Source: Alphaproteobacteria bacterium
GTDB lineage: Bacteria > Pseudomonadota > Alphaproteobacteria > UBA7887
Direction of reading: 5' to 3'
Length of the DNA: 54,698 bases
NCBI GenBank assembly: GCA_047517485.1
Contig: JAKZSU010000011.1
Coordinates: forward strand, 1 to 54,698
The translations under genes and the position numbers were made by a program. The notes beneath the pieces were generated by a model that was given only the letters and a program-made list of their open reading frames with translations, was not told where the DNA came from and did not search any database. Shown in pieces: positions 28,632-39,192 of this stretch. How positions within the stretch are numbered: position 1 is the stretch's first letter; the number at the start of each line of letters is the position of its first letter.

Positions 28632-29525
28632 ATGTGGGAGACAGTTTTCATTGGATTGAGCGTGGGTTCGATCCTGCTCCTCGTCGCGCTTGGCCTGACC
28701 ATCACCTACGGCGCCATGGGCGTGATCAACATGGCGCACGGTGAGCTCGTCATGGTCGGCGCCTACACGACGGTGATGATGGGGACTTATTTTGGCCTGA
28801 ATATATTCTTTGCCATTCCCGCCGCTTTTCTGATGGCCGCCTTCGTCGGGTTGATCATCGAGCGGCTGGTGGTGCGCAATCTTTACGGGCGTCTGCTCGA
28901 TACATTGTTGGCCACCTGGGGCGTGGCGATCCTGATCCAGCAAGCGGTGCGGCTGGAATTCGGCCTCGCGTTCTTCGGCATTCATATCGATGGTCTTGGA
29001 GTTGGCCTACAAAGAGTGGATGTGCCGACGATCCTGCGTGAAACGTTCGAGGTTGGGGGCGTCGTCGTTCAGCCCTACCGTAGTTTCATCATTCTGTTGA
29101 CCGTCGCCCTGGTCGGCCTGACCTGGCTGTTGATGTACCGGACCTCGTTCGGCACCCAGGTCCGGGCGATTATGCGCAATCCGAAAATGGCCGCCGCCTG
29201 CGGCATTGACGTCACCCGGATCAACGCCTTGACCTTCGCCTACGGCTCCGGCCTGGCCGGGGTCGCGGGGGTGATGATGTCGGGCTTCAAGACCGTCAGC
29301 CCGGGCATGGGCACGTCGTTGGTGGTCGATGGATTCATGGTCGTCGTGGTCGGCGGCATCGGTAGCCTGTTGGGTTCGGTGGTGTCGGCGGGGTTCCTGG
29401 GACAGCTCAACGGGATATTCGCGACCTTGTCGAACGACATCCTCGCGCGCGCCGTGGTGTTCGGCGCGGTCATCCTGATTATCGTCTGGCGCCCCAACGG
29501 GCTATTCAATTTCCGGGGACGGTAG
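28632..29525 (+). CDS. urtB: Urea ABC transporter permease UrtB
   Basis: GVINMAHGE, LYGRLLDTLLATWG, VDGFMVVVVGG. Confidence 0.9.
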   Translation: MWETVFIGLSVGSILLLVALGLTITYGAMGVINMAHGELVMVGAYTTVMMGTYFGLNIFFAIPAAFLMAAFVGLIIERLVVRNLYGRLLDTLLATWGVAILIQQAVRLEFGLAFFGIHIDGLGVGLQRVDVPTILRETFEVGGVVVQPYRSFIILLTVALVGLTWLLMYRTSFGTQVRAIMRNPKMAAACGIDVTRINALTFAYGSGLAGVAGVMMSGFKTVSPGMGTSLVVDGFMVVVVGGIGSLLGSVVSAGFLGQLNGIFATLSNDILARAVVFGAVILIIVWRPNGLFNFRGR

Positions 29526-29528
29526 GCG

Positions 29529-30665
29529 ATGTCGACCAAGAGAAAACTCGAATTCTTGGCCTACGCCATCTTCATTGTGATTACCTTCCTGATGCCGTTG
29601 TTCCTCGACGTGTTCTGGCTGAACCGTATCGCCAAGTACCTGGTGTACGGCATGCTGGGGGTCGCTATTTCGCTGTCCTGGGGCTATGCGGGCATCCTGA
29701 ATTTGGGCCAAGGGCTGTTTTTCGGCGCCGGGGCTTATATGCTGGCGATGTCGCTCAAGCTCGCCAGCGCGACCAGTTTGCAACAGGGCTCCGACACCCC
29801 GGTGCCCGATTTTATGTTGTGGAACGCCGAGCCGGGATCGCTCACCGACCTCTGTTGCATTACCAAGGTGTCTTTCCTGTGGATCCCGTTTCAGGCGCAG
29901 TGGTTCGGCATCTTCATGGGGTTCGTCCTACCCGTGGCCCTGGCCTTCATTCTGGGGAACATCATATTCCGCAAGCGTATTTCGGGCGTTTTTGTCGCTA
30001 TCATTACCCTCGCGACAGTGCTCTTGGTGCGTCTCTTGATGATCGATTTCCAGCCCTTGACCAATGGATTCAATGGCCTGACCGATCTCGGATGGTTCAC
30101 CATGGGCGGGATAGAATTCGACCCCTATATGGTCGAGACCTATTACGTAGTCGCGATTTCGCTTGCCGTGGTGCTGATCGCGACGCGCTGGCTGGTCAGT
30201 ACCCGCGCCGGTCTGGTCCTGCAAGCGGTGCGCGATGACGCCAACCGGGCGCGCTACCTCGGCTTCGACGTATCGTCGTATCAAATTTTCTTCTTCTGCG
30301 TATCGGCGCTGATCGCCGGCTTTGCCGGAATGCTTTACGTGATCGCGGCCGAGTTCGCCTCGCCGACTTTCATGGACCTTGCCTTCAGCATCACCATGGT
30401 GGTTTGGGCCGCGGTGGGCGGGCGGTCGTCTCTGCTCGGCGCCTGCATCGGGGCGATACTGATCAATCTTATCGAAGCGACAGTCAGCGAGACCGAAATG
30501 TTCGTCGAGGCGTGGCAGGCAATTATCGGATTGCTGTTCGTCGGCGTCGTGCTGTTCCTGCCCCGGGGCTTGGCGGGGTTGGCGAGCGACATCACCGACC
30601 GGGTGCTCGGCGCTGGCAGACAATCGAGACGGACTCTCGAACAAGAAGCGCCGGCGGGAGAATAG
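29529..30665 (+). CDS. urtC: Urea ABC transporter permease UrtC
   Basis: WGYAGILNLGQG.FFG.GAY, PDFMLWN, WAAVGGR. Confidence 0.9.
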   Translation: MSTKRKLEFLAYAIFIVITFLMPLFLDVFWLNRIAKYLVYGMLGVAISLSWGYAGILNLGQGLFFGAGAYMLAMSLKLASATSLQQGSDTPVPDFMLWNAEPGSLTDLCCITKVSFLWIPFQAQWFGIFMGFVLPVALAFILGNIIFRKRISGVFVAIITLATVLLVRLLMIDFQPLTNGFNGLTDLGWFTMGGIEFDPYMVETYYVVAISLAVVLIATRWLVSTRAGLVLQAVRDDANRARYLGFDVSSYQIFFFCVSALIAGFAGMLYVIAAEFASPTFMDLAFSITMVVWAAVGGRSSLLGACIGAILINLIEATVSETEMFVEAWQAIIGLLFVGVVLFLPRGLAGLASDITDRVLGAGRQSRRTLEQEAPAGE

Positions 30666-30673
30666 GTGGCGCC

Positions 30674-31417
30674 ATGGAAGCTTTGAAACTCGACGGACTC
30701 GGGGTTGGATTTGGTGGCTTCAAGGCCGTCGATAATTTCAGCATGACCGTCGCGGAAGGCGAGCTGCGGGTTCTGATGGGGGCCAATGGCGCCGGCAAGA
30801 CCACCTTGATCGATCTGATCAGCGGCAAGACGAAATCAACCGAAGGCAAGGTCTTCCTGCACGACAAGGACATCACCAACTGGCACGAGCATAAGATCGC
30901 GCGCGAGGGGGTCGGCCGCAAATTCCAAATTCCCACGGTGTTCCGCGAACTTACGGTGCGGGAAAATTTCGAGGTCGCGGGATTTCGCAATCGTGGGGTG
31001 CTCATGAATGCGGGGCCGCGCCACAGGAAAGTATCCGCCAAGCGAGTCGAGGAAGTCATCGACTTGGGCAATCTTCGCGAAAAGGAAAGCGACCGGGCCG
31101 GCAATCTTTCGCACGGCGAAACCCAATGGCTCGAGCTCGGCATGGTGCTGGTGCAGGATCCCAAGGTCATCCTGCTGGATGAACCCTCGGCCGGGATGAC
31201 GGTGCAAGAGACCTTGAAAACATCGCAAATTATCAATGACCTGAAAGGGCAGCGCACCCTCGTCGTCGTCGAGCACGACATGGCGTTCGTGCGCCAGATC
31301 GCCGAAATGATCACGGTGATGCATCTCGGCAAGGTGCTGGCCGAGGGAACGATCCAGGACATCGAGAAAAATCAGGCGGTGAAGGATGTCTATCTCGGCC
31401 GCGGGGGCATCGGCTGA
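30674..31417 (+). CDS. urtD: Urea ABC transporter ATP-binding protein UrtD
   Basis: FGGFKAV, GANGAGKTT, GVGRKFQ.P, LSHGETQWLE.GM, VEHDM. Confidence 0.9.
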   Translation: MEALKLDGLGVGFGGFKAVDNFSMTVAEGELRVLMGANGAGKTTLIDLISGKTKSTEGKVFLHDKDITNWHEHKIAREGVGRKFQIPTVFRELTVRENFEVAGFRNRGVLMNAGPRHRKVSAKRVEEVIDLGNLREKESDRAGNLSHGETQWLELGMVLVQDPKVILLDEPSAGMTVQETLKTSQIINDLKGQRTLVVVEHDMAFVRQIAEMITVMHLGKVLAEGTIQDIEKNQAVKDVYLGRGGIG

Positions 31418-32112
31418 TGCTCACGTTCGATCGCCTCAACAGCTTCTATGGCGGCAGCCACATCCTGCACGATCTCAGTTTCACGATCGAAAAAGGCACC
31501 ATTCTCACGGTCATCGGTCGCAACGGCGTCGGCAAGACGACGCTGCTGAAGACCATCCTCGGGCTCACCGACTCGTCGACCGGCAGCATCAAGCTCAACG
31601 GCGAGGAAATTGGCGGCAAGCCGACTTTCGAACGCGCCCGCATGGGGATCGGGTATGCACCGCAGGGGCGCGAAATTATTCCCGATTTCACCGTCCGCGA
31701 GAATATTTTAATGGGCGGCTTCGCGCGTGGAAACGGGTCGCCCAGCATCCCCGATGTAGTGCCCGAACTTTTTCCCTATCTGATGGAGAATCTCGGCCGC
31801 GCCGGAGGGCTATTGTCGGGCGGACAGCAACAGCAACTTGCAATCGCCCGCGCGCTCGCGGCCGAGCCGAGCTTGCTTTTGCTCGACGAACCGACCGAGG
31901 GCATTCAACCGAATATCGTCGAGCAGATCGAGGAAACCATCCAGGTGCTCAATCAAAAACTCGATTTGACCATCATCCTGGTCGAACAGAACCTCGAATT
32001 CGCGCGCTCCGCCAGTCATTCGTTCGTGATGATGGAAAAAGGCCAAATCGTGGCGAACGGCGACACCGATGCCCTGACCGACGATGTCGTGGCGAAGCAC
32101 ATGACGATCTAA
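31417..32112 (+). CDS. urtE: Urea ABC transporter ATP-binding protein UrtE
   Basis: YGGSHIL, GRNGVGKTT, PQGREI, LSGGQQQQLAI, DEPTEGIQP. Confidence 0.92.
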   Translation: MLTFDRLNSFYGGSHILHDLSFTIEKGTILTVIGRNGVGKTTLLKTILGLTDSSTGSIKLNGEEIGGKPTFERARMGIGYAPQGREIIPDFTVRENILMGGFARGNGSPSIPDVVPELFPYLMENLGRAGGLLSGGQQQQLAIARALAAEPSLLLLDEPTEGIQPNIVEQIEETIQVLNQKLDLTIILVEQNLEFARSASHSFVMMEKGQIVANGDTDALTDDVVAKHMTI

Positions 32113-32144
32113 ATCCACCGGCCGTAGCGTTTAGGGCAGCAGCA

Positions 32145-32597
32145 ATGGAGCTGAGGATCACCGAGGTTATCGGTTTCGCCAACGACCCCGCCCTGGCAGC
32201 GCGGTTGCACGACATCGGACACGCCGGCCGCATCGAACACCTGGTTCTCGATCCCGACGACGTGCATCGCCGCCGCTTGCGGGCACGGAGCGACAAGGGC
32301 ACCGACTGCCTGATCGCTCTGCCCATGGACCAACCGCTCGGCGACGGCGCGGTCCTGGCGCTCGAGGAAGAGTGGGCGATCGTCGTCCGCCTGGCCGAAC
32401 AGCGCTGGCTTAAACTCGCGCCCCGTGACCCGCCGGCGGCGCTTCAGCTCGGCTACTTCGCGGGCAACCTGCACTGGCGGGTCAAGTTCGAGGGCGAGCG
32501 CCTGCTGGTCGCCCTGGAGGGTCCGAAAGAGGATTACCTCGCGCGGCTGGGTTTGTTTCTCGACGACGGTCGCGCCACCGAGGTGAGTGATGGCTGA
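32145..32597 (+). CDS. ureE: Urease accessory protein UreE-like (no His-rich tail)
   Basis: RRRLR...D.G...I.LP....L.DG.VL and GY.AGNLHW; C-terminal part of track ORF 31386..32597. Confidence 0.8.
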   Translation: MELRITEVIGFANDPALAARLHDIGHAGRIEHLVLDPDDVHRRRLRARSDKGTDCLIALPMDQPLGDGAVLALEEEWAIVVRLAEQRWLKLAPRDPPAALQLGYFAGNLHWRVKFEGERLLVALEGPKEDYLARLGLFLDDGRATEVSDG

Positions 32598-33270
32598 TCC
32601 GGCGATTGACCTTATCCTGCTGCAGCATGGTGACAGTTTTTTCCCCTCCGGCGGAGTCTCGTTTTCCTGGGGCTTGGAAACCCTGGCCGAGGATGGCCAT
32701 GTCGGCTCCCCTGCCAGCGTTTCCGATTTTCTGGTCAACCAAATACGCTATCGCTGGGCGACCAGCGATCGCGCCGCGTTGGCGGCGACCTATCAAGCCG
32801 GTGACGACGTTGAGGCGATTGTCGCGATCGATTTGCTGGTCGACGCCCAGACCTTGGCGGCCGAGTTCCGCGAAGGGTCACGGCGTGCCGGCCATGCCTT
32901 GTTGTCGGTGCACGAGAAGCTCGGGACGCCGCTGGCGGCGGACTTTCATGACCGGGTGCGGGCCGGCGACTCCCCAAGCCATGCCGCGGTCGTACAAGGC
33001 CTGGTTTGGCGCGGCGTCGGGCTCGACCTCGAACAGTCGGAACTCCTGTCCGCCCACACCTATTCGATCGGTATTTTGGGAGCGGCGGTGCGGCTTGGCG
33101 TCATCGGCCATATCGACGCCCAGCGGACGCTCGCGACCGCCCGGAACGCTGTCGTCGAAATCCTTCGCCAAGCGGCGCCTTCGGTGGGCGAGATGTCCGC
33201 CTTCACGCCGGCGGCGGAGATCGCGGTGATGCGCCACGAGACCGCCGAGACGCGGCTGTTCGCGAACTAA
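32590..33270 (+). CDS. ureF: Urease accessory protein UreF
   Basis: DSFFPSGG.SFSWGLE, AAVRL, C-terminal HE....RLF.N. Confidence 0.9.
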   Translation: MADPAIDLILLQHGDSFFPSGGVSFSWGLETLAEDGHVGSPASVSDFLVNQIRYRWATSDRAALAATYQAGDDVEAIVAIDLLVDAQTLAAEFREGSRRAGHALLSVHEKLGTPLAADFHDRVRAGDSPSHAAVVQGLVWRGVGLDLEQSELLSAHTYSIGILGAAVRLGVIGHIDAQRTLATARNAVVEILRQAAPSVGEMSAFTPAAEIAVMRHETAETRLFAN

Positions 33271-33308
33271 CAATAAATGAGCACGCTGGTTATGAGGGAG
33301 GTTGAATT

Positions 33309-34007
33309 ATGATTCTGGTACCCACGGAACTCGAGCGATTGACGATCTTCACGGCAGCGGAGCTGGCGCGCAAGCATCGCGCCAAGGGCTTGCTGCTCAA
33401 CCATCCCGAGGCGGTGGCGATCATCGCCGACGAGATCCTCGAAGGGGCGCGCGAGGGCCGGGGCGTGGCCGAGCTCATTGCCTTTGGATCGACCATTCTC
33501 ACCACCGACGACGTGATGCCCAACGTCGCCGACCTGATGCCGATGATCCAGGTCGAGGGCACCTTTCCCGATGGGACCAAACTGGTGACCGTCCATGACC
33601 CGATCCGCCCCGGCAAGAACAAGGCGGAGGCGGACGCGGTGCGACCGGGCGAGATCATCGCCGCCGAGGGCGAGATCGAAATCAATGCCGGGCGTGCCAA
33701 GGCCGAGATCAAAGTCGTCAATACCGGCGATCGGCCGATCCAGGTCGGCAGCCATTATCATTTCTTCGAGACCAATAAGGCGCTCGATTTCGATCGCGCC
33801 GCCGCCTTCGGGATGCATTTGGACATTCCCGCCGGCACCGCGGTGCGTTTCGAGCCGGGTGAAAGCAAATCGGTGGTGCTCACCGAATTCGGCGGCACAG
33901 GCGAGTTGTTCGGCCTCAACAATCTTACCGACGGCGCGTCGCGTAGCGCGGTGCGCAAGGACGCGGCGCTACGGCGCGCCCGCGAACGCGGCTTCAAGGG
34001 GGCATGA
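33309..34007 (+). CDS. ureAB: Fused urease gamma/beta subunit
   Basis: Gamma: [23 protein letters not shown]; beta: [29 protein letters not shown]; one ORF. Confidence 0.93.
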   Translation: MILVPTELERLTIFTAAELARKHRAKGLLLNHPEAVAIIADEILEGAREGRGVAELIAFGSTILTTDDVMPNVADLMPMIQVEGTFPDGTKLVTVHDPIRPGKNKAEADAVRPGEIIAAEGEIEINAGRAKAEIKVVNTGDRPIQVGSHYHFFETNKALDFDRAAAFGMHLDIPAGTAVRFEPGESKSVVLTEFGGTGELFGLNNLTDGASRSAVRKDAALRRARERGFKGA

Positions 34008-34010
34008 ACC

Positions 34011-35723
34011 ATGGCTAAGATGACCCGCCGCGACTACGCGCAAATGTACGGCCCGACCACCGGCGACGCGGTGCGCTTGGGCGACACCTCGTTGCTCGCC
34101 GAGGTCGAGCACGATTTTGGCGTACCCGGTGACGAATGTTTGCATGGCGGCGGCAAGACCTTGCGCGACGGCCTCGGGCTGACCCCGGGTTACGACAGCG
34201 CCATGGGATCGCTCGACATGCTGCTGTGCAACGCCCTGGTGATCGACCCGGTGCTCGGCATCGTCAAGGGCGATATCGGCATCAAGGACGGCCGCATCGC
34301 CGGGGTCGGCAAGGCCGGCAACCCGGCCACCATGGACGGCGTCGACACGAATTTAATTTGCGGCGCGGCGACCACCGCGCGCGATGCGGAGGGCCTGATC
34401 GCCACCCCGGGCGGTATCGACGTGCATGTCCATTTCGATTCCGCCCAGCTGTGCGAGCACGCGATCTCGTCCGGCATCACCACCATGATCGGCGGCTCGC
34501 TCGGCCCGATCACCGTCGGCATCGACTGCGGCGGCGCCTGGAACGTCGGCAAGATGCTGCAGTCGGCGGAGCACTGGCCGATCAATTTCGGCTTTCTCGG
34601 GCGCGGCAATTCGTCGAAACCGCGCTCTCTGCTCGATCAGATCGAGGGCGGGTGCGTCGGGCTCAAGATCCACGAGGATTGGGGCGCCATGCCGGCGGTG
34701 ATCGACACCTGTCTCGGGGTCGCCGACGAGTTGGACTTCCAAGTGCAACTCCACACCGACACCTTGAACGAAAGCGGCTTCGTCGAGGACACCCTGGCGG
34801 CGATCGACGGCCGTACCATCCACATGTATCACACCGAAGGCGCCGGCGGCGGCCACGCGCCGGACATCATCCGCGTTGCCGGCGAACGCAACTGTCTGCC
34901 GTCGTCGACCAATCCGACCAATCCCTTCACCGTCAACACCTTCGACGAGCACCTCGATATGACCATGGTGTGCCATCACCTGAGCCCGTCGATCCCCGAA
35001 GACGTGGCGTTCGCGGAAAGCCGGATCCGCGCTCAAACCATCGCCGCCGAGGATGTCCTGCACGATTTGGGCGCGATCTCCATGCTGGGCTCGGACAGCC
35101 AGGGCATGGGGCGGATCAACGAGGTGATCTGCCGGGTCTGGCAGCTCGCCTCCAAGATGAAAGACCAGCGCGGCCGCCTCGACGAGGAAACCACCACGCT
35201 TGGCGACAACGAGCGGATCAAACGCTTCATCGCCAAGTACACCATCAACGCGGCGCGGACTTTCGGCATCGACCAGCACGTGGGATCGCTGGAGAGCGGC
35301 AAGCTCGCCGACGTGGTGCTGTGGCGGCCCGCCTTCTTCGGCATTAAGCCGGAGCTGATCATCAAGGGCGGCTTCATCGTCTGGGCGGCGATGGGCGACA
35401 GCGCGGCGTCGCTGATGACCTGCGAGCCGCTGCAGATGCGGCCACAATGGGGCGCCTTCGGCGAAGCACGAAAGGCCTTGAGCGCCAGCTTCGTCAATCC
35501 GCTGGCGATCGACGGCGGGCTGGCCGGCGCGCTCGGCCTGACCAAGGCCCTGCTGCCGACCGCAGGGACACGCAAGCTCAACAAGCAGCACATGATGCAC
35601 AATTCCGCGTGCCCCAAAATCACCGTCGATGCGCAGACCTTCGACGTTTTCGTCGATGGCGAATTGGCGACCTGCGAGCCCGCCGAGGTGCTGCCCTTGG
35701 CGCAGCGTTACATGTTGCGATGA
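34011..35723 (+). CDS. ureC: Urease alpha subunit, divergent substrate loop
   Basis: Ni-site motifs [29 protein letters not shown], flap MVCHH, SDSQ. Confidence 0.93.
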   Translation: MAKMTRRDYAQMYGPTTGDAVRLGDTSLLAEVEHDFGVPGDECLHGGGKTLRDGLGLTPGYDSAMGSLDMLLCNALVIDPVLGIVKGDIGIKDGRIAGVGKAGNPATMDGVDTNLICGAATTARDAEGLIATPGGIDVHVHFDSAQLCEHAISSGITTMIGGSLGPITVGIDCGGAWNVGKMLQSAEHWPINFGFLGRGNSSKPRSLLDQIEGGCVGLKIHEDWGAMPAVIDTCLGVADELDFQVQLHTDTLNESGFVEDTLAAIDGRTIHMYHTEGAGGGHAPDIIRVAGERNCLPSSTNPTNPFTVNTFDEHLDMTMVCHHLSPSIPEDVAFAESRIRAQTIAAEDVLHDLGAISMLGSDSQGMGRINEVICRVWQLASKMKDQRGRLDEETTTLGDNERIKRFIAKYTINAARTFGIDQHVGSLESGKLADVVLWRPAFFGIKPELIIKGGFIVWAAMGDSAASLMTCEPLQMRPQWGAFGEARKALSASFVNPLAIDGGLAGALGLTKALLPTAGTRKLNKQHMMHNSACPKITVDAQTFDVFVDGELATCEPAEVLPLAQRYMLR

Positions 35724-36349
35724 GCGCGGATTCGGGCGCACCGGCACCGGCGCGGATCGGCATTGGCGGCCCCGTCGGCTCGGGCAAGACCGCCTTGATC
35801 GAGCGTCTGATTCCGAGCTTGGAGGCGCGCGGTCTGAGTGTCGGCGTGGTCACCAACGACCTGGTGACCCGGGAAGACGCCGAGCGGTTGCGGGGCAGCG
35901 GCCTGATCGCGCCCGAGCGGGTGCTCGCGGTGGAGACCGGCGCCTGCCCGCACACCGCGATTCGCGAGGATCCGACGATGAACTTGGCCGCCATCGATCG
36001 CCTTGTCGAGAGCTTCCCCGACCTGACGGTTATCCTGTTGGAAAGCGGTGGCGACAATCTGGCGTCGACATTCTCGCTCGATCTCGTCGATTATTGGCTG
36101 TTCGTCATCGACGTGGCGGGCGGCGACGACATCCCGCGCAAGAAGGGCCCGGGAATAGTGCGCTCGGACCTGCTGATCATCAACAAAACCGATCTCGCCC
36201 CCTTGGTCGGCGCCGATCTCGATCGCATGATCGAGGAAGCGCTAGCGGTGCGCGGCGGCAGGACCGTGCTGACCACCAACTGTGCCACCGGCGACGGTAT
36301 CGACGCTTTGTTGGCGCAACTATCGCACGACGTCCTGTTCGATGGATGA
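35720..36349 (+). CDS. ureG: Urease accessory GTPase UreG
   Basis: [26 protein letters not shown]; ATGA overlap with ureC. Confidence 0.93.
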   Translation: MSADSGAPAPARIGIGGPVGSGKTALIERLIPSLEARGLSVGVVTNDLVTREDAERLRGSGLIAPERVLAVETGACPHTAIREDPTMNLAAIDRLVESFPDLTVILLESGGDNLASTFSLDLVDYWLFVIDVAGGDDIPRKKGPGIVRSDLLIINKTDLAPLVGADLDRMIEEALAVRGGRTVLTTNCATGDGIDALLAQLSHDVLFDG

Positions 36350-37223
36350 CGTGACGCCGGCGGCCGCGATCACCGCACCGGGCTCGACGCCGCGGCGGAC
36401 CGAAGGTCGGCTGGAGCTTGTCTTCGCGCCGGATGCGGATGGGAAAAGTTTCCTGGAGAAACAATTCGCGTCCTATCCGTTTCACGTCTGTCGGGTCCAA
36501 TATCTCGACTCGAAGGTGCCGAATATGGCGAGTCTGTATCTGCAATCGAGCGCCGGCGGCGTGTTCGCCGGCGATCGGCTCGCCACCTCGATCACCTGCA
36601 AGGCCGGTGCGATGGCGCATGTCACGACCCAAGCCTCGACCGTTGTCTATCGCATGCCCGACGGCGAGGCCGATCTACAAACCGACCTGGAAGTCGCGCC
36701 CGGCGGCCTTCTCGAGGTCCTGCCCGATCCGGTGATCCTGTTTCCCGAAGCACGGCTCAACAACCGGCTGAGCGTGAAATTGGCCGACAATGCCACGGCG
36801 ATCGTCGCGGATGCTTTCCTATCCCACGACCCGGACGGCGAGAATAGACCGTTCGGATTTTATCGCAGCGAGACCGAGATTACCGACACCGCCGGGCGAC
36901 GTCTGGTGCGCGACCGATTCCACACCACCGGCGAAGGGTGTCGCGCGCAACGCGCCGGCATCATGGGTGCCTTCCGCATGCAGGCGACGATAATGGCGGC
37001 GAGTACCGTGGTGCCGGCGACGACATTGCTCACCGCTTTGCGCGACGGTCTGGCGGCCACGCCGTCGGTCTATGCGGCGGCCTCGACCCTGCCCAACGCG
37101 TGCGGTGCCTGGGTGCGCTTGCTGGCGGCGGACGGCGCCACGCTCAAACACGCGATGACAGAAGTTTGGATCGCGCTGCGACGCGGCATTACCGGGAATG
37201 TTCCTGCCCTACGGCGTAAATAG
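36342..37223 (+). CDS. ureD: Urease accessory protein UreD
   Basis: YPFH, S.AGG...GD, TTQAST.VY, PDPVI.F, C-terminal LRRK. Confidence 0.88.
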   Translation: MDDVTPAAAITAPGSTPRRTEGRLELVFAPDADGKSFLEKQFASYPFHVCRVQYLDSKVPNMASLYLQSSAGGVFAGDRLATSITCKAGAMAHVTTQASTVVYRMPDGEADLQTDLEVAPGGLLEVLPDPVILFPEARLNNRLSVKLADNATAIVADAFLSHDPDGENRPFGFYRSETEITDTAGRRLVRDRFHTTGEGCRAQRAGIMGAFRMQATIMAASTVVPATTLLTALRDGLAATPSVYAAASTLPNACGAWVRLLAADGATLKHAMTEVWIALRRGITGNVPALRRK

Positions 37224-37276
37224 AACCGTGGTGAGCGGTTATACCAAACCGCGATGAGCAAGACTCATCACGGTTC
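37223..37276. repeat. Short palindromic element / bidirectional terminator between ureD and mutL
   Basis: GAACCGTGGTGAG...CTCATCACGGTTC outer stem with internal GCGGTT/AACCGC stem. Confidence 0.6.
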
Positions 37277-37383
37277 GTAGTGCGTTCAAGCGCCACGCAG
37301 GCTTGCCTCACATAAGCTCGGGCGCTCGGGCGCGCGGTCGCGCTTGCCAAGTTGCTATGAGTTTCACTCAAAGCAGCTTGGTA

Positions 37384-39192
37384 TTATCTCCGGCCGAACA
37401 GGCGCTCGATATCGGCGAGTTTGAGTTCGACGTAGGTCGGCCGGCCGTGGTTGCATTGGCCGGAATGCGGGGTGGTTTCCATTTCGCGCAACAGCGCGTT
37501 CATTTCGGCGCCGCTCAGCCGACGGCCGGCGCGAACGCTGCCGTGGCACGCCATGGTGCCACAGACGTCTTCGAGTCGTTCGCGCAAGCTGAGCGCTTGA
37601 TCGAGCGCGGCGATATCGTCGGCGAGATCCTGCACCAGGCCGCGCACGTCGATTTCGCCGAGTAGCGCGGGCACCTCGCGGACCACTACCGCGCCGTCGC
37701 CGAAGGCCTCGATCACCAGGCCGAGGTCGGCGAACTCCGACGCGCGGGCGACCAGCGCCTCGGCCAGCGCCGGATCGAGTTCGACGACTTCGGGGATCAG
37801 CAGGATCTGGCGGGCGACACCGGAGGCGGCGAGGCTCGCGCGCATGCGTTCGAGCACCAGGCGTTCGTGCGCCGCGTGTTGATCGACGATAACGATGCCG
37901 TCGGCGGTCTGGGCGATGATGTAGGTCTCGTGCAATTGGCCGCGCGCGGCACCGAGCGGCCAGCGTGCATCGGGCGTGTCGTCGCGGACCGACTCGACCC
38001 GCGCCGCTGGCGCGACGCCGTGCACCGGCGCCTGGTAAATCGCCGCCGCCTCGGCAAGACCGGCGGACGGGCGGTGCGGCACCTGCCACTGGCCACCACC
38101 GCTCCCGCCGCTATGGGCGAAGATATGTCCGGTCATCGGCTCGACCCGCGCCGCTCCCAGCGCCGCGTCGGCGACCGTGGTCGCGGCGCGATGGCCGGCC
38201 TGGTCGAGGGCGTGACGAAGCGCGCCGACGATGAGACCGCGGATTACCGCCGGCTGGCGAAACCGCACCTCGGCCTTGGTGGGATGGACGTTGACGTCGA
38301 CCTCGCCCGGCGCAAGGGTGAGGAACAGGGCGACCAGCGGATGGCGGTCGCGCGCGAGCAGGTCCTGATAGGCGCCGCGCACCGCGCCATAGAGCAGACG
38401 ATCGCGCACCGGGCGTCCGTTGACGAAAAGATACTGCTGGTTGGCGCGGCCGCGGTTGAAGGTCGGCAGGCCGGCCCAGCCGGTGAGCTGGACACCGTCA
38501 CGCTCCGCCGCGACGGGAAGCGCATTGTCGATGAAGTCGCGCCCCATCACCACGCCGAGGCGATGGCGCCCGGCTTCGAGCAGATCGCCTTGCGCGATGT
38601 CCGCGTTCAAGCGCTTGCGGCCGTCGACGTTTACGGTGAAGGCGATTTCGGGATAGGCCATGGCAATCTGGTTGACCATATCGAGCGCGGCGGAAGTCTC
38701 GGCGCGATCCGACTTGAGAAACTTGAGCCGCGCCGGGGTGGCGAAGAACAGATCGTGCAACTCGACGCGGGTGCCGCGATCGAGCGCCGCCGGGCGCGGC
38801 GCGGCAACCACGCCGCCCTCGACCGAAAGCATCCACGCCTGATCCGTGCCGCGCGCCCGACTGGTGATCGACAGCCGGCCGACCGCGCCGATCGACGGCA
38901 AGGCCTCGCCGCGAAAACCGAGCGCGCGAATGTCGCCGAGATCATCGCCCGGCAGCTTCGACGTGACGTGGCGCTCGACCGCGAGGGCGAGTTCGTCCGG
39001 GGTCATCCCGGCCCCGTCGTCGACCACCGAAATCAGAGTCTTGCCGCCGTTGGCGAGGGCGACGTCGATGCGGGTGGCGCCGGCGTCGACCGCGTTCTCG
39101 ACGAGTTCCTTGAGCGCGTTGGCGGGACGTTCGATCACTTCGCCAGCGGCGATGCGATTGACCAGGCCTTCGGGGAGCCGGCGCAGGGTCAT
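37384..39192 (-). CDS. mutL: DNA mismatch repair endonuclease MutL
   Basis: [39 protein letters not shown]. Confidence 0.98.
   Translation of the reverse strand: MTLRRLPEGLVNRIAAGEVIERPANALKELVENAVDAGATRIDVALANGGKTLISVVDDGAGMTPDELALAVERHVTSKLPGDDLGDIRALGFRGEALPSIGAVGRLSITSRARGTDQAWMLSVEGGVVAAPRPAALDRGTRVELHDLFFATPARLKFLKSDRAETSAALDMVNQIAMAYPEIAFTVNVDGRKRLNADIAQGDLLEAGRHRLGVVMGRDFIDNALPVAAERDGVQLTGWAGLPTFNRGRANQQYLFVNGRPVRDRLLYGAVRGAYQDLLARDRHPLVALFLTLAPGEVDVNVHPTKAEVRFRQPAVIRGLIVGALRHALDQAGHRAATTVADAALGAARVEPMTGHIFAHSGGSGGGQWQVPHRPSAGLAEAAAIYQAPVHGVAPAARVESVRDDTPDARWPLGAARGQLHETYIIAQTADGIVIVDQHAAHERLVLERMRASLAASGVARQILLIPEVVELDPALAEALVARASEFADLGLVIEAFGDGAVVVREVPALLGEIDVRGLVQDLADDIAALDQALSLRERLEDVCGTMACHGSVRAGRRLSGAEMNALLREMETTPHSGQCNHGRPTYVELKLADIERLFGRR

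Noticed and set aside
31386-32144. Apparent 403-aa UreE fusion or frameshift product
   Set aside because: The upstream part is an alternative frame of urtE with Arg/Pro-rich nonsense; UreE has its own ATG at 32145.
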